Shown one piece after another: positions 40,171 to 53,860 of a DNA stretch of 64,000 bases. Location of the stretch: the NCBI GenBank assembly GCA_002269645.1, contig NIVC01003489.1:31273-95272 (forward strand), written 5' to 3'. The position numbers were made by a program, and so were the translations under genes. Below the pieces are notes generated by a model that did no database searches, was not told where the DNA came from, and worked only from the letters and a program-made list of their open reading frames with translations. The DNA is from Macrostomum lignano. Lineage: Eukaryota. Each line of letters opens with the position of its first letter. Within the stretch, counting starts at the first letter, position 1.

Positions 40171-41376
40171 GTGTGACTCTGCCAGCGGGTGTGACTGTCA
40201 GCCTCTGTTACTCTTGACTGTCATCCAATCGTCTTTGCATTTCTCACAACTCTTGTCGCCCTGCGCACAGCAGCTCTGTTTCAATCTACAGCTGGCTCTA
40301 CTTCGGCAGCCGCTCCATATCCCTGACAGGGCTGGTAATTAAAATCCCTCAGAACTGAATAATTGCCGCCATTTTGAAACTCCAGCCCGCTTTGCTTGTA
40401 TCTACGAGTAAAAAGAGCAGAGGCTGAGCGCTTTCGGAATGAATGCTTCTGTACAAATTTGGAGCGGCAATTTTGTCAGCAATTTCTCTGTTGAAAATTC
40501 AATAGCAAATTTGAAGCTGCCGAGTTGTGCTTTCATTTCTGCTGCTGCGCCGGCAGACAGAAAGCCAGGAAATTAGACGTCGGCAGATAAAAAGTCATCA
40601 AAGAATTGGGGGGGGGGCGGTGAGCTCTCCACAGCCCCGATTCCACATCCCCTTATTTCTCAACTGACGTCTGGCGCTTCTGACCAGCTCTCAATTTGCA
40701 TAAATTCTCCTTCCCATCTCTGCCTCAACTGTGCTCATTGAGTTGCGCTGTCTGCAGCTCTGCCCCTCCGTCTGCTCCCCCCCCCTGGCCAGCCAGTTTG
40801 CAGCGGTTAGGAATTTTAAAGTTTCTCGACAGTTTTCTCCTTTTTAGTTAATCTTGGGGCAAAAGCAACACGGCTTATTGCCTGGATTCGCACAGGAGTT
40901 CTTTCAGCGCACTTCAGTTCAGCGGGGAGCGAGGCGGCACGGGACGGGCTGGCTGCAACAATAAACTGCTGTGCACTTTTCTCTACTCTGCCACTCTGTG
41001 GCTCCCCCTCTTGGCTCGCCCTGCCACCCCTTCTTACTCTGAGCCACGGACTCAGAGCTGCCCCGACCTCACTGTGGAATACCAGAGAGTGGACTGACAC
41101 TCAGTGTAGAGAGGGCGGAAGTACAGCAAGGAGAGAGAGAGAGAGAGAGGCGGAGAAAGTCCCGTGCTCAGCTGAGTACTATGGTAGCTGCAGCTACAGC
41201 CGCCTGTCTGCAAGGCTTTGGCTTCTGAATTTCTGCAATAAAAGCGTGAGCAGAACAATCGAAAGCTTTGCCGACTCTCCGAGGCGGATTAGTGATAGAA
41301 GCTTGAGGAGGCCGGCTGCGGGTGTGCAGTGAGAAAGGAGTTGAGAAGTGCTCAGGCCGAGCTGGCGGCATGACTG

Positions 41377-41562
41377 ATGGACAGCCCCATCGCTGAGGAC
41401 GATGACTATGTCTTTGCCAGCAGCCGCTCCTCTCCCAGCGGGCTGCTCAGCCTGCGACTGGCTCAGCAACAGGCCGCTCAGCAGCCAGCGCCTCCGCTGT
41501 CCCCGCAGTTTCTTTTGCTGACGCGGCCGAACTCCCTGCTGTACAGGCGGCGACGGCATCCG
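41377..41562 (+). CDS. Putative (alternative first?) exon of the SAM gene
   Basis: MDSPIAEDDD...TRPNSLLYRRRRHP; donor GTAAT at 41563. Confidence 0.5.
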
Positions 41563-41649
41563 GTAATTTTGATGGCAACGCCTGAAACTGCGGCAGATCA
41601 GCTGATCCTGGCTTGGCTGCATTGCCGGTGATCTGGCTTCCTTTGGTGT

Positions 41650-41938
<289 letters not shown>

Positions 41939-42699
41939 CCCATCCATCTCCGCCCGCCATCCGTCACCCATCTTACTTGCACCAGTGCACCCACATGCGG
42001 GCTGTGCACCGCCTGACCCGCAATGTCCGCCACCCACCCCAATGCGATTCGATTCCATAAACTGCCACGTTTCCCATCAAATTCCTGTTCGGCCCGCTCC
42101 CCTCTCTGACCCCTGGCCCCGCCGGCTCTCAAACTTCTACTTCTTTCAGCTATTGAAAATCTTTTTGGCTCATTGCAGCCTCGGCATGGCTCCGGGGTGG
42201 CGGTTGGGGCTGAATGAATGAACTGGATGGGGCCGGCAGGCTGCGGCGGCACCTGCTGCCGAAATGCGGGCGCAGAGGCTGAGGCAGTGAGGGGAGAACT
42301 GAACGCAGTATGCTTTGAATTCCAAGGAATGTAAAGCTTTGCTTGCCCGCTTTCTGGTGTCTGTCTGCCCGCCTGCCCCTCCTCTCTAGTTCTTCTTGAC
42401 CTTGCGGAGGCGCTGCATAGATGCAGACTACGACGCATTCGTTCGGTTGCTGGGGCTTAAGGAGGCCCGAATGAACTCGCACCCTCCCCCTTTTTGTTCG
42501 CCCGTCTCGATCTGGCGTTGTTAAAATTTTGCAGTCTATTAAATTCCGCATCTGCGACTGTTTGGGAGGAATGCCTGTGTAATTTTCTCTTGTCTGCCAG
42601 CCAATCTTTGCGACTCTGATCTGTGCTGGAAACGGTGCACTGCGGCGTTTAAGCGCTTGTTTGTGTGCCGTCTGAGCGTTCTGTGCTTAGGCTAGGGTC

Positions 42700-43565
42700 A
42701 TCTGACACTACCTATAAAACTAGAGTGTAGAGCTGTGGGGAGGTCATCTGACACTACCTGTAGAACTAGAGTGCAGAGCTGTGGGGAGGTCATCTGACAC
42801 TACCTGTAGAACTAGAGTGCAGAGCTGTGGGGAGGTCATCTGACACTACCTGTAGAACTAGAGTGCAGAGCTGTGGGGAGGTCATCTGACACTACCTGTA
42901 GAACTAGAGTGCAGAGCTGTGGGGGGTCATCTGACACTACCTGTAGAACTAGAGTGCAGAGCTGTGGGGAGGTCATCTGACACTACCTGTAGAACTAGAG
43001 TGCAGAGCTGTGGGGAGGTCATCTGACACTACCTGTAGAACTAGAGTGCAGAGCTGTGGGGAGGTCATCTGACACTACCTGTAGAACTAGAGTGCAGAGC
43101 TGTGGGGAGGTCATCTGACACTACCTGTAGAACTAGAGTCCAGAGCTGTGGGGAGGTCATCTGACACTACCTGTAGAACTAGAGTGCAGAGCTGTGGGGA
43201 GGTCATCTGACACTACCTGTAGAACTAGAGTGCAGAGCTGTGGGGAGGTCATCTGACACTACCTGTAGAACTAGAGTGCAGAGCTGTGGGGAGGTCATCT
43301 GACACTACCTGTAGAACTAGAGTGCAGAGCTGTGGGGAGGTCATCTGACACTTCCTGTAGAACTAGAGTGTAGAGCTGTAGGGTTGTAGGGAGGTCATGT
43401 GACCCTAGAGCTAGAGTTTAGAGCTTTAGGGCGATCATCTGACCCTAAAAATAGAGGAAGAGCTTTAGAGAGCTCATCTGACCCAAAAACTAAAGTGCAG
43501 AGCTTTAGAGAGGTCATGTGACCCTAGGACTAGAATGTAGATCTGTGGGCGGTCATGTGACCCCA
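42700..43565. repeat. 46-bp minisatellite (~15 copies plus degenerate tail)
   Basis: gaggtcatctgacactacctgtagaactagagtgcagagctgtggg tandem, no spacers. Confidence 0.97.
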
Positions 43566-43716
43566 CTGACACAATCATTGGTAAATGTTACGTACTTTAA
43601 AATGTTTCAATGTACCTATTTTGTGCTTACATGGTAAAAGCATTCGAGTATTTGGATTGAGCAGCTCATTTCACCTGCTAATTATCGCAATCAAACGAAT
43701 ATTAAAAAAACACAAG

Positions 43717-43857
43717 GAGGAGCCGCTCAGCCGCAACGGCTCGCCAACCAGCAGCGGCCACGCCAGGCCGCGCGCCCTCGGCCTGTTCCGCAGGCGGGTC
43801 TCGGACCCGGTGCCCGCGGCCGCCTGTGGCTGCCGTCTGCATGATTTCTGGGCAGCG
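43717..43857 (+). CDS. Putative exon of the SAM gene
   Basis: GC island in AT-rich DNA, LFRRRVSDP; donor GTAAA at 43858; acceptor weak. Confidence 0.4.
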
Positions 43858-44162
43858 GTAAATCCCCCACTGTGCCTCCAACAAAGCCGGACTTCATTTA
43901 TGCGGCAGATTTTATTATCCTTCCACTCCAAGTCAAGAATACCTTTCTGGTTGTGGGATTTTAAAAACACAAAATCAATTTTTATTTTTCCACCGCGTCC
44001 ATTTTTAACTCTCGACTCGGTTTTCGCGTTACAAATTTTATCCGATAACATTATTTTTTAAACCGCATGCGCAAATCAGTCTACTCACATGTGGCTGATC
44101 AGTAGATATATACGAATATTAAGTTTATAATTGTTCTATGTTGCCAAATTTTGCATGCGCAG

Positions 44163-44376
44163 TCGGACAACGGCAGCGCCGGCTCGCCTCTGTTCACCTC
44201 GGCGGCGCGCAAGTCCATCGACGATTATCCTAACGGCCGCGGCCTGCGGCTGATGCACCGCACCATGTCACTGTCCATCGAGGGCCGCGCCACCCAGCGC
44301 ACCCAGAGCATGTCCGAGTCACCTTCAGCCACTTCTAATCCGGGCATTCTGGCCGGATACGATGTGCACGTGCAGC
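44163..44376 (+). CDS. Putative exon of the SAM gene
   Basis: CAG acceptor, SDNGSAGSPLF...LMHRTMSLS...; donor GTGAG at 44377. A further short exon is likely at 44764-44805 (SAKGQSAPNLSSSS), but its phase is not reconciled with this one. Confidence 0.6.
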
Positions 44377-44859
44377 GTGAGTGCCGCATGAGACAATTTT
44401 GGGGCGGATCTCTGGGATTTTTGGGATATGATCTCATCTCATTAGAGATTTTGGGAATCTCATCTCATTTCATCGGAGAGTTTCGGAATATGATCTTATC
44501 TCATCGGAGATTTTGGGGATCTGATCTTATCTCATCGAAGATTTTGGGGATCTGATCTTATCTCATCGGAGATTTTGGGGATCTGATCTTATCTCATCGG
44601 AGATTTTAGGAACCTGTCTAATGTCACGCAGAGTTTTTGAATTACTCGTATTTGTACTTTTGGAATCTGTTAATTACCTATTTGAGAACCCATCTTTACT
44701 CCATCAATCCCAATTCCGCTCCATCCAGACTCCTCTACCAGCAATTTGGTTCGCATGCGACAGAGCGCCAAAGGCCAGTCGGCCCCTAACCTGTCCAGCT
44801 CTTCGGTGAGTCATCGCTGCTTGTGTGACCCTCACAAAACCTTCAAAGCTCCGTTGGAG

Positions 44860-45790
44860 ATTCACCATTAGTGACCCGCAGGGGAGATTCACCATTAGTG
44901 ACATGCAGGGGAGATTCACCATTAGTGACATGCAGGGGAGATTCACCATTAGTGACCCGCAGGGGAGATTCACCATTAGTGACACGCAGGGGAGATTCAC
45001 CATTAGTGACATGCAGGGGAGATTCACCATTCGTGACATGCAGGGGAGATTCACCATTAGTGACCCGCAGGGGAGATTCACCATTAGTGACATGCAGGGG
45101 AGATTCACCATTAGTGACATGCAGGGGAGATTCACCATTAGTGACATGCATGGGCGATTCACCATTAGTGACACGCAGGGGAGATTCACCATTAGTGACA
45201 TGCAGGGGAGATTCACCATTAGTGACACGCAGGGGAGATTCACCATTAGTGACATGCAGGGGAGATTCACCATTAGTGACACGCAGGGGAGATTCACCAT
45301 TAGTGACACGCAGGGGAGATTCACCATTAGTGACATGCAGGGGAGATTCACCATTAGTGACACGCAGGGGAGATTCACCATTAGTGACACGCAGGGGAGA
45401 TTCACCATTCGTGACATGCAGGGGAGATTCACCATTAGTGACACGCAGGGGAGATTCACCATTAGTGACACGCAGGGGAGATTCACCATTCGTGACATGC
45501 AGGGGAGATTCACCATTAGTGACACGCAGGGGAGATTCACCATTAGTGACACGCAGGGGAGATTCACCATTAGTGACACGCAGGGGAAATTCACCATTAG
45601 TGACACGCAGGGGAGATTCACCATTAGTGACATGCAGGGGAGATTCGCCATTGGTGACACGCAGGGGAGATTCACCATTAGTGACACGCAGGGGAGATTC
45701 ACCATTAGTGACATGCAGGGGAGATTCGCCATTAGTGACACGCAGGGGAGATTCACCATTAGTGACATGCAGGGGAGATTCGCCTGCATG
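44860..45790. repeat. 27-bp minisatellite (ggggagattcaccattagtgaca[c/t]gca), ~34 copies
   Basis: Tandem periodicity; a degenerate ~31-bp array also lies at 44420-44610. Confidence 0.97.
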
Positions 45791-46696
45791 GGAGAATCGC
45801 TCCGGATCCCTTCAATTTTGCTCCCCATTTGCCCCATGTATTTCAAGAGTCATGCCAATCCCAACTCTGGCAAAATCATTCATTCTCATTTTTCTAATTT
45901 CTCTACTTGCGAGTAGCCAGCTAAGCATTTCGAGTAGTGATTGATAAAATAATCTATTTTTGTCCTACAGTTTTCATATCGATAACGCAGTGGTGAGCTT
46001 GGCCTGACAGCTTTATTTATCCCATCCGCAAGCAGATCCCAGATCGTAGTAATCATTGGGATTTACTTCCCAAGCATAATTATCTGCCAGCGGGCCATAT
46101 CTGCTAGGCTGGCCCAGGTGAATTCAAGGTGAGACAGTCGCGTTTCCGGGGCGGCAGTAGCCGCGCAGCTCGGGGCATTCGGCTGGGTTTTTGGGCACGG
46201 ATGCACTTTTAGGTCGGGACAGCCCGCACTCCCCCCCCCCGAATCGTCTCTTGCCGCGATGCTTGACGCGAATTGGAAGTGAAATAAGAAGCTGACAGGG
46301 AGGATCCGGGGAAGTGGGGATGATGAGGCTGGGAGGCTGGGCCGTCCATTAGCGAATTGCCAGGCAGTTAGTTAACTCTGGCTGCAGCTGGACTCCTATT
46401 TGGCCCGAGGCTCTGGCCGCTGCTTCAGAGGGGTGTCCAACTTTTTCTGTGTTTTGTCCGCAGCTGCTCCGTCTGCACTTTGCGCGCACAGAAGGCCGCC
46501 AAATTTTTGCTACAAAAATGCTGCTGGTAATCCATTACCTCTGCCGCTGCTGCCGTCTTGTTTTCCCACTTGTCTGACCTTCTGCTGTGCCAACCGGCCT
46601 TTCACCTGCGGCCCCAATTTGCTGATCAATGAACTCGCTCACTGGGGTTGCTGACTTGCATGGCTTGTTCGGTTGGGTTTGAAATTGGCAACAGGA

Positions 46697-47064
<368 letters not shown>

Positions 47065-47855
47065 TTCATATCTCTCTCACTATCTGTCAGTCTCTCTTCA
47101 GTATATGTTCGCTCTGACAATGCCAATGGACCCCTATTAATCTGAGCGGAATGCAGACGGCGCCATGCTTAGCATCTGTTTCTCTGCATCCCACCTTCTC
47201 TGCGATGAATTTTTTACGAGCGGAATTTTTAGATAACTTTTATCGGAATTGGCGAAGCTTTTTAGTTCAAAATTACTAATTATTATTTATAATTTGCCGA
47301 CTGTCGGCAGAGAGGACATTGGAGAATAGAGAGAACACGGTCTATTATGTACAACATGTTTCTTGCTTCAAATTTTCGTTTCGAGTTTTTGTTGCTACTC
47401 TTATGTAGGAAACGAACCCCAGACCTCCGGTGTAGTTATTTATTCGGCTCGCGTATCGCTCGGGTGAGTCAGCAAGTGCAGCGCGGCGCCGCTCCTGAAT
47501 CACACGAAGGGGCAAAGCGAAATTCGATTGCCCGAGCCCCTCTCTACTAGGAGCAGCAATTTTTCTTCTTCGTGTCTTCTTTCGCTTTTGCCAGCGATGT
47601 TGCTTGCGCTGCCTGCGCCGGGCTGTCGGTGGGGGAGGGAGGTAACGCAATCACAACTGGGCCGCTTGAGCAGGCCGGCTCCCGGGGTAATCGAATGAGC
47701 AGCGGAACTCGCCTGGCCTCATTTGCTCCCGCCTGGGGCTTCCCCTGGGGCCGCTTAGCGCTGCTGACTGTGGCTGCCGGTCTTGCATTCCTGTTTGTGT
47801 CCACCTCTGTCTGTCTGTCTGTCTGTCTGCCTGCCTGTCTGTCTGCCCGTCTGAC

Positions 47856-47900
<45 letters not shown>

Positions 47901-47951
47901 GCCCGTCTGACTGGCTGTCTGCCCGTCTGACTGTCTGTCTGCCCGTCTGAC

Positions 47952-47992
<41 letters not shown>

Positions 47993-49135
47993 TTCTGTCT
48001 GTCTGCCCGTCTGACTGTCTCTCTGACTGGCTGTCTGCCCGCCTGTCTGTCTGTCTGTCTTAAAGTCTGTCTGTCTGTCTGGCTGACTGTCTGCCTATCT
48101 TAGTATCTGTCTGTTTTTCTGTCTGTCTATCTGTATGGGTCAATATTTTCCTTTTCTCGTCTGCCTTTTTAATTATCTGTACATCTGTCTGCCGGCTTTC
48201 TCTAAGTGCTCTGATGTCTTCCTGTCTGCCCGTCTGTCTCGGTGCTTTCGCCCCAGCTAGCAGCCCTCAGCCCATTTCCCCATGACCTACTTTGCATTTC
48301 CGACTGTGGGGTTCCCGTGAACTTCCCCAATGCCCGCTGCTTCTCTGCCGCTGTGGCAGACTTGGGGCCGGCATGAATTGTTAATGCGGACAGAAATCGG
48401 AAGGGCACTGCGGGCCTCCCTCGCACTGCTCTGCTCTCCGGAGCTGAGATCTGAGAGCTCTCCGTGCTCAGTCCGATTATGCCCGAACTAATTTGGACAG
48501 CCGCTGGCAACTCTCACTCTCTTATTGGCGCAGGGTCTGCCCCCTCCCCAGATCGATGATAGCTCCGTGCGAAAGCTGCCAGCTGCTGCCGCAACTTTAT
48601 AAAAGTACATCTCGGATGAGTGTTGGAGGTGACCATTGTGAGAGCCGAGCATTGCTGCTGCTAGCCGATGATAAGAGTAAATACTGCGATTCCATTGACT
48701 CTGCTGCCACCAGTGCGGATGGACTGGGTTTGCAACTGGGGGATGCAGAAGTGGCAGCCAATCAGCTGGCGGGAGGCTGGGCCTGTGCAGCCCTCCATCA
48801 GGCCGGGGCGCCCGCACAGAAGTAGCAATAAGCGCAGGCATCCCTCAATCCCTGCATAGGCTGAATAATAGGTGAATGGGCTGTCGGCGAGGCGGAGCTG
48901 CAAGATCCCCATCGCCTTCCTATTCGGCCAAGAGACCGCTAAGAACGCCTGTTTGAACTGCCCCTCCCGCCGCCGCCGCCGCCCTCGGCCCCTTTAAACC
49001 TGCGCGTGCATCTTTTGAAGCCGGCACCGCAGCAGCAGCAGCTGACGCACCCTGCCAGCGTCTGCCCGTCTGTTTGAACTGCGACCCCCCTCCTGTCTGC
49101 CCCTCTGCCCGTATTATCCCCTGGGGAGGCGGCAG

Positions 49136-49947
49136 GCGGAGGCAACAAAAGCCCCGCCGGCCGCCACTCGGACAGCAGCTCGCCGATGGACAGCTCTCGG
49201 CCTCGCCGGCTCGCCTTCCCCTGCATCAGCGACGTAGTTGGCCAGGAGGCCGTAGAGAAATCCCGCCGGCTGTTCAAGAATTGGCCGCTCCGTCTGCGCC
49301 CGGAGGACCGGGGCCGCCAGGGTCCGCAGCAGCAGCAGCCGCCGCCGCCGGGCTCGCCTTCCACTCGAGACGCCAGCACGCAGACGGAGCGTCATCGCAA
49401 GGCTTCGTCGACGGCGTCGGCGACCGGCTCGCCGGCAACCGCCGATGCGGCAGTCGGCCGAGGCCGCCGCCGCTGCCTGCTGAACTTCGGGCACCACCGG
49501 GATCGCGGCCAGCACCGGGCGCAGAGTCTGCAGCGAGCTGTCGCCCCGGCCGCCGCGGCAGCTGCCGCCAAATCGACGCCGTCCACGCCGGTGGCCACTC
49601 CGTCGCGAACCGCGGCAGCTGCGCCGCTGGCCGGGCCGATCCACTGCGACTCGGACTCGGCCACCTACTCCCAGCTGCTCCGCTCCGCTGCCCAGCGCCG
49701 TCTGGCAGCCGCGGCAACTCCGCAGGCCTGCGCCGTTGTGTTCAGCCGGGCGATGCCGAAGAGCCTCTCGTGCAATGCTAACCTGACCGCCGCCTGCTGC
49801 TCCCCCACCAAGGCTTTCCCGGCCCCCACCACCGCCGCTGCCGCCCCTCCGCAGTCCCCGGCCGCTTCGTCAGACTACGGCAATCGGGGGGTTGTGCGCA
49901 GCGAAAGCGACACCAAAATTTGGCGGTCAAGGCTGGCGCAGTGCCGG
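49136..49947 (+). CDS. Large low-complexity exon of the SAM gene
   Basis: ~270-codon GC-rich open frame (RRLAFPCISDVVG...RDASTQT...RSESDTKIWRS); donor GTAAG at 49948. Confidence 0.7.
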
Positions 49948-50034
49948 GTAAGAAGGAGGGCGGAGCTGCTGCTTCCTGTGCGGAACTCGCCTCCTCTTCC
50001 GGCTCTGTCCTGGGGTCCGTTCTAACGCATGTCT

Positions 50035-50495
50035 GTGTCCTAGGGGCTGCTCTGTCTGTCTGTCCGTGTCCTAGGGGCTGGTCTGTCTGTCTGTCCGTGT
50101 CCTAGGGGCTGGTCTGTCTGTCTGTCCGTGTCCTAGGGGCTGGTCTGTCCGTCTGTCCGTGTCCTAGGGGCTGGTCTGTCTGTCTGTCCGTGTCCTAGGG
50201 GCTGGTCTGTCTGTCTGTCCGTGTCCTAGGGGCTGGTCTGTCTGTCTGTCCGTGTCCTAGGGGCTGATCTGTCTGTCTGTCCGTGTCCTAGGGGCTGATC
50301 TGTCTGTCTGTCCGTGTCCTAGGGGCTGGTCTGTCTGTCTGTCCGTGTCCTAGGGGCTGGTCTGTCTGTCTGTCCGTGTCCTAGGGGCTGGTCTGTCTGT
50401 CTGTCCGTGTCCTAGGGGCTGGTCTGTCTGTCTGTCCGTGTCCTAGGGGCTGGTCTGTCTGTCTGTCCGTGTCCTAGGGGCTGGTCTGTCTGTCC
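50035..50495. repeat. 31-bp minisatellite (gtgtcctaggggctggtctgtctgtctgtcc)
   Basis: About 15 tandem copies, each containing TCTG units. Confidence 0.96.
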
Positions 50496-51084
50496 CGGTG
50501 TCTGCTGTTTGCTATTGCGGCGGTCTGTGCCTCAGTCCTTTGAACTGCGACCCTCTCTCTTCTCAGAGCACGAAGTCTATCAAACCATCTCACTGTGCAT
50601 TTTTCGATACATATCGGTGCCACAGCCGTATGTCGTTAGGAATCCCACTCTGACGGAAGGATGAGCTGGGCGCTACCCAGGGGAACGCGCTCGAATCATC
50701 GAGTGCCCTAATTGTCTGGCCGGCCCCCAGATTTACTCCGCCAGCTTCCCATGTGGATTCGGAACCTTGGCATTTTAGCAGAAACTGGCACCCTGAAGCT
50801 GCTGGGAGAAAAAGATTTCCAGCAGGACTGGAGTGTTGTTGGGCGCGACTGAAATTGCCGCAAGAATGTCGCGCTGTCCCAAAGGCCGCTCGCTGGCTTG
50901 CTGGGCAGCCGCCAGGTCGGGGGGGGGGGCTGTCAGAGCTGAAAATCCCCGTTTTCCCCCAAAAGTCTGTCCGAAGGTTTTTAGACTGATTTTTAATTAA
51001 CAGGCGCGGCGCCTTCGCTTCCCCCCCCCCCCCCGGGTGGAACTTTAGGCTGTGCCCTTCGGCCTCGCTTCTGCTGCTGCTGGC

Positions 51085-51085
51085 C

Positions 51086-51122
<37 letters not shown>

Positions 51123-51161
51123 GCCTGTCTATCTGTCTGTCTGTCTGTCTGTCTGTCTGCC

Positions 51162-51202
<41 letters not shown>

Positions 51203-51245
51203 TCCTGCCTGTCTGTCTGTCTTAGTGTCTGTCTGTCTGTCTGCC

Positions 51246-51298
<53 letters not shown>

Positions 51299-51315
51299 GC
51301 CTGCCTGCCTGTCTC

Positions 51316-51350
<35 letters not shown>

Positions 51351-51395
51351 GCCTGCCTGTCTGTCTGTCTGTCTGTCTGTCTGCCTGCCTGTCTC

Positions 51396-51450
<55 letters not shown>

Positions 51451-51455
51451 TAGTG

Positions 51456-51492
<37 letters not shown>

Positions 51493-51615
51493 GCCTGTCT
51501 GTCTGTCTGCCTGTCTGTCTGTCTGTCTGTCTGTCTGCCTGTCTGTCTGTCTGCCTGTCTGTCTGTGTGTCTGTCTGTCTTGAGGTCTGTCTTTCTGTCT
51601 GTCTGTCTGTCTGTC
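51085..51615. repeat. (TCTG)n microsatellite, imperfect
   Basis: Direct observation. Confidence 0.98.
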
Positions 51616-52139
51616 CATCAGTCCCAGTTTCAGTCAAATCAATGATGAAGAATTTTTCATCAGTTCACTGAAACCCTAAATTCCGCTTTGTCTGCTGAGC
51701 ACACAGAGGGGGGCAGTTCTCATACCATCGATGAGCAGGCAGAAGCTGGGTCAGTCGATCGGCCAGTTTTACTTCTGCAGGCCGGGGTCAGTCCGGCTGA
51801 GGTCTCCGACTTGGACAGCCGGCTTGACAGCAAATCGAATTCGCGCCCTCCAGCTTCTCCTCCAGCTTCCCCTCATCTGGCCTTGGGCGATTTTTCCACT
51901 GTGGAGTTGCAGCACTTTTGATACTGCTGCTGCAATTTGCAGTTTTTCTTATTGCTGCGCTGCCTCATCTGCATCCGCCTGGCTCTGATGTCGCCTCGGG
52001 CTGCTCTGCTCTCCCTGATCCCTTGGGGCTGAGCAGGCCGCCTTCAAACCCGCCCGTTGCATCTTTTCTCTTGGTGTCCTCGTTTCCGAGGCCCTGGTGT
52101 TTCGAGATTAACAAGGATTGGGATTTTTAGGATTCTATA

Positions 52140-52705
52140 GTTTTATGATTGTCTAGTTTTGGGATTATCTTATTTTGAAATCATCTTACTTTGATATTAT
52201 CTATTTTTGTAATTCTCTTATTTTGGGATTATCATCTTATTTTAAAATTATCTTATTTTGAGATTATCTAGTTTTGGGATTAGCTAGTTTTGCTATTATC
52301 TTATTTTGGATTATCTAGTTTTGGAAGTATCTAGTTTTTTAGATTATATAGCTTTGGGATTATCTAGTTCTGGGATTATCGAGTTTTTAGGATTATCTAG
52401 TTTTTAGGATTATCTAGTTTTAGGGTTATCTAGTTTTAGGGTTATCTAGTTTTAGGATTATCTAGTTTTAGGGTTATCTAGTTCTGGGATTATCTAGTTT
52501 TAGTGTTATCTAGTTCTGGGATTATCTATTGTTTAGGATTATCTATTTCTGAGAATATATAGTTTTTAGGATTATCTAGGTTTTAGGATTATCTAGTTTT
52601 TAGGATTATCTAGTTCTGGGATTATCTAGTTCTGGGATTATCTAGTTTTTAGGATTATCTAGTTTTAGGATTATCTAGTTTTGGGAGTATCTAGTTTTGC
52701 GATTA
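52140..52705. repeat. AT-rich degenerate 16-17-bp repeat (ttttaggattatctag)
   Basis: Tandem periodicity. Confidence 0.9.
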
Positions 52706-53439
52706 TATAGTTTTGGGATTGTCTATTGGATTGGAAGCATAAAGTTTCAGAACAGCCAATTTTGTCTGTTATTAATATAAATTTATGATTATCAAAGTTT
52801 GTGTCTAGCGAATCGCAATGGTTCATGCCTGCCCTTAGTCGGATCATGTAATTGCCAAATATATTCCAGCAATATGAGACTCTCCGCATTTCTGTTGAGA
52901 TGCCCGCCGATTGATGTTTCCGTAGCCCGAGCTCAGCTGCGGCGGCGCTGGCCCCGGGGCGGGCGGAGGTCCTTAATTAAAAATCCAATTAGAAGCTACA
53001 TCGGGAGTGGTGCGCAGAGTCGGAGAAACGGGAGCTGCCCCAGTCACTCCATTTTATTCCCTGCGACTTTTTCCCAGGATTTCCCACGCATCGCCGAGGC
53101 TGGAAGGATTTGAAAAATTTCTTTATCCTCGTTCCCCTCTATTTAGTGGGAATATAATCTCATCCTGCCTGCGGAGCGGGGATTTATTCCCACTCGAATG
53201 GTCGCATTTTTATCCCCTCGAATTTCCAAATATCCTCACGCGACCTGCGTCCCTTCCTTCCGCATCGGTTGTCGGGTCGCCTGCAGCTTTTGGGAAGAAT
53301 ATCCCATCCGGGCTTTGTACTTCGTGTTGGCTAATCTCGGGCTGCTGAATCTGCAACGGAGACTGGCTGTTCTGACTCCTTGGGATCGTTGCAACCCTCA
53401 TTCTCACCGTGTCTCTCTGAACTCTTTCACCTCTCTCTG

Positions 53440-53860
53440 CTCCCTCTGCCCCCCTCTGATCCCTCTGTCTCCCCCTCTGATCCCTCTGTCTCCCCCTCTG
53501 ATCCCTCTGTCTCCCCCTCTGCTCCCTCTGTCTCCCCTCTGATCCCTCTATCTCTCTTTCTGATCCCTCTGTCTCCCCCTCTGCTACCTCTGTCTCCCCT
53601 CTGATCCCTCTATCTCCCTTTCTGATCCCTCTGTCTCCCCCTCTGATCCCTCTGTCTCCCCCTCTGATCCCTCTATCTCCCTTTCTGATCCCTCTGTCTC
53701 CCTTTCTGATCCCTCTGTCTCCCTTTCTGATCCCTCTGTCTCCTTCTCTGATCCCTCTGTCTCCCTTTCTGATCCCTCTGTCTCCCCCTCTGATCCCTCT
53801 GTCTCCCTTTCCGATCCCTCTGTCTCCCTTTCTGATCCCTCTGTCTCCTTCTCTGATCCT
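53440..53860. repeat. 21-bp pyrimidine-rich minisatellite (tctgatccctctgtctccccc)
   Basis: Tandem periodicity. Confidence 0.95.

Noticed and set aside
42700-43380. CRISPR-like appearance of 46-bp repeats (also 34-bp and 29-bp arrays)
   Set aside because: Units are contiguous with no unique spacers, no cas genes, eukaryotic context.
44163-44376. Resemblance of SDNGSAGSPL to PDE4 UCR1, and KSR/DLC1/CNK assignment for the SAM gene
   Set aside because: No QRRESFLY motif and no PDE, kinase, RhoGAP, PDZ or PH domain seen in any exon.
44704-45944. 357-380-aa ORFs in three frames
   Set aside because: A 27-bp unit (multiple of 3) gives open frames on both strands; intronic context.
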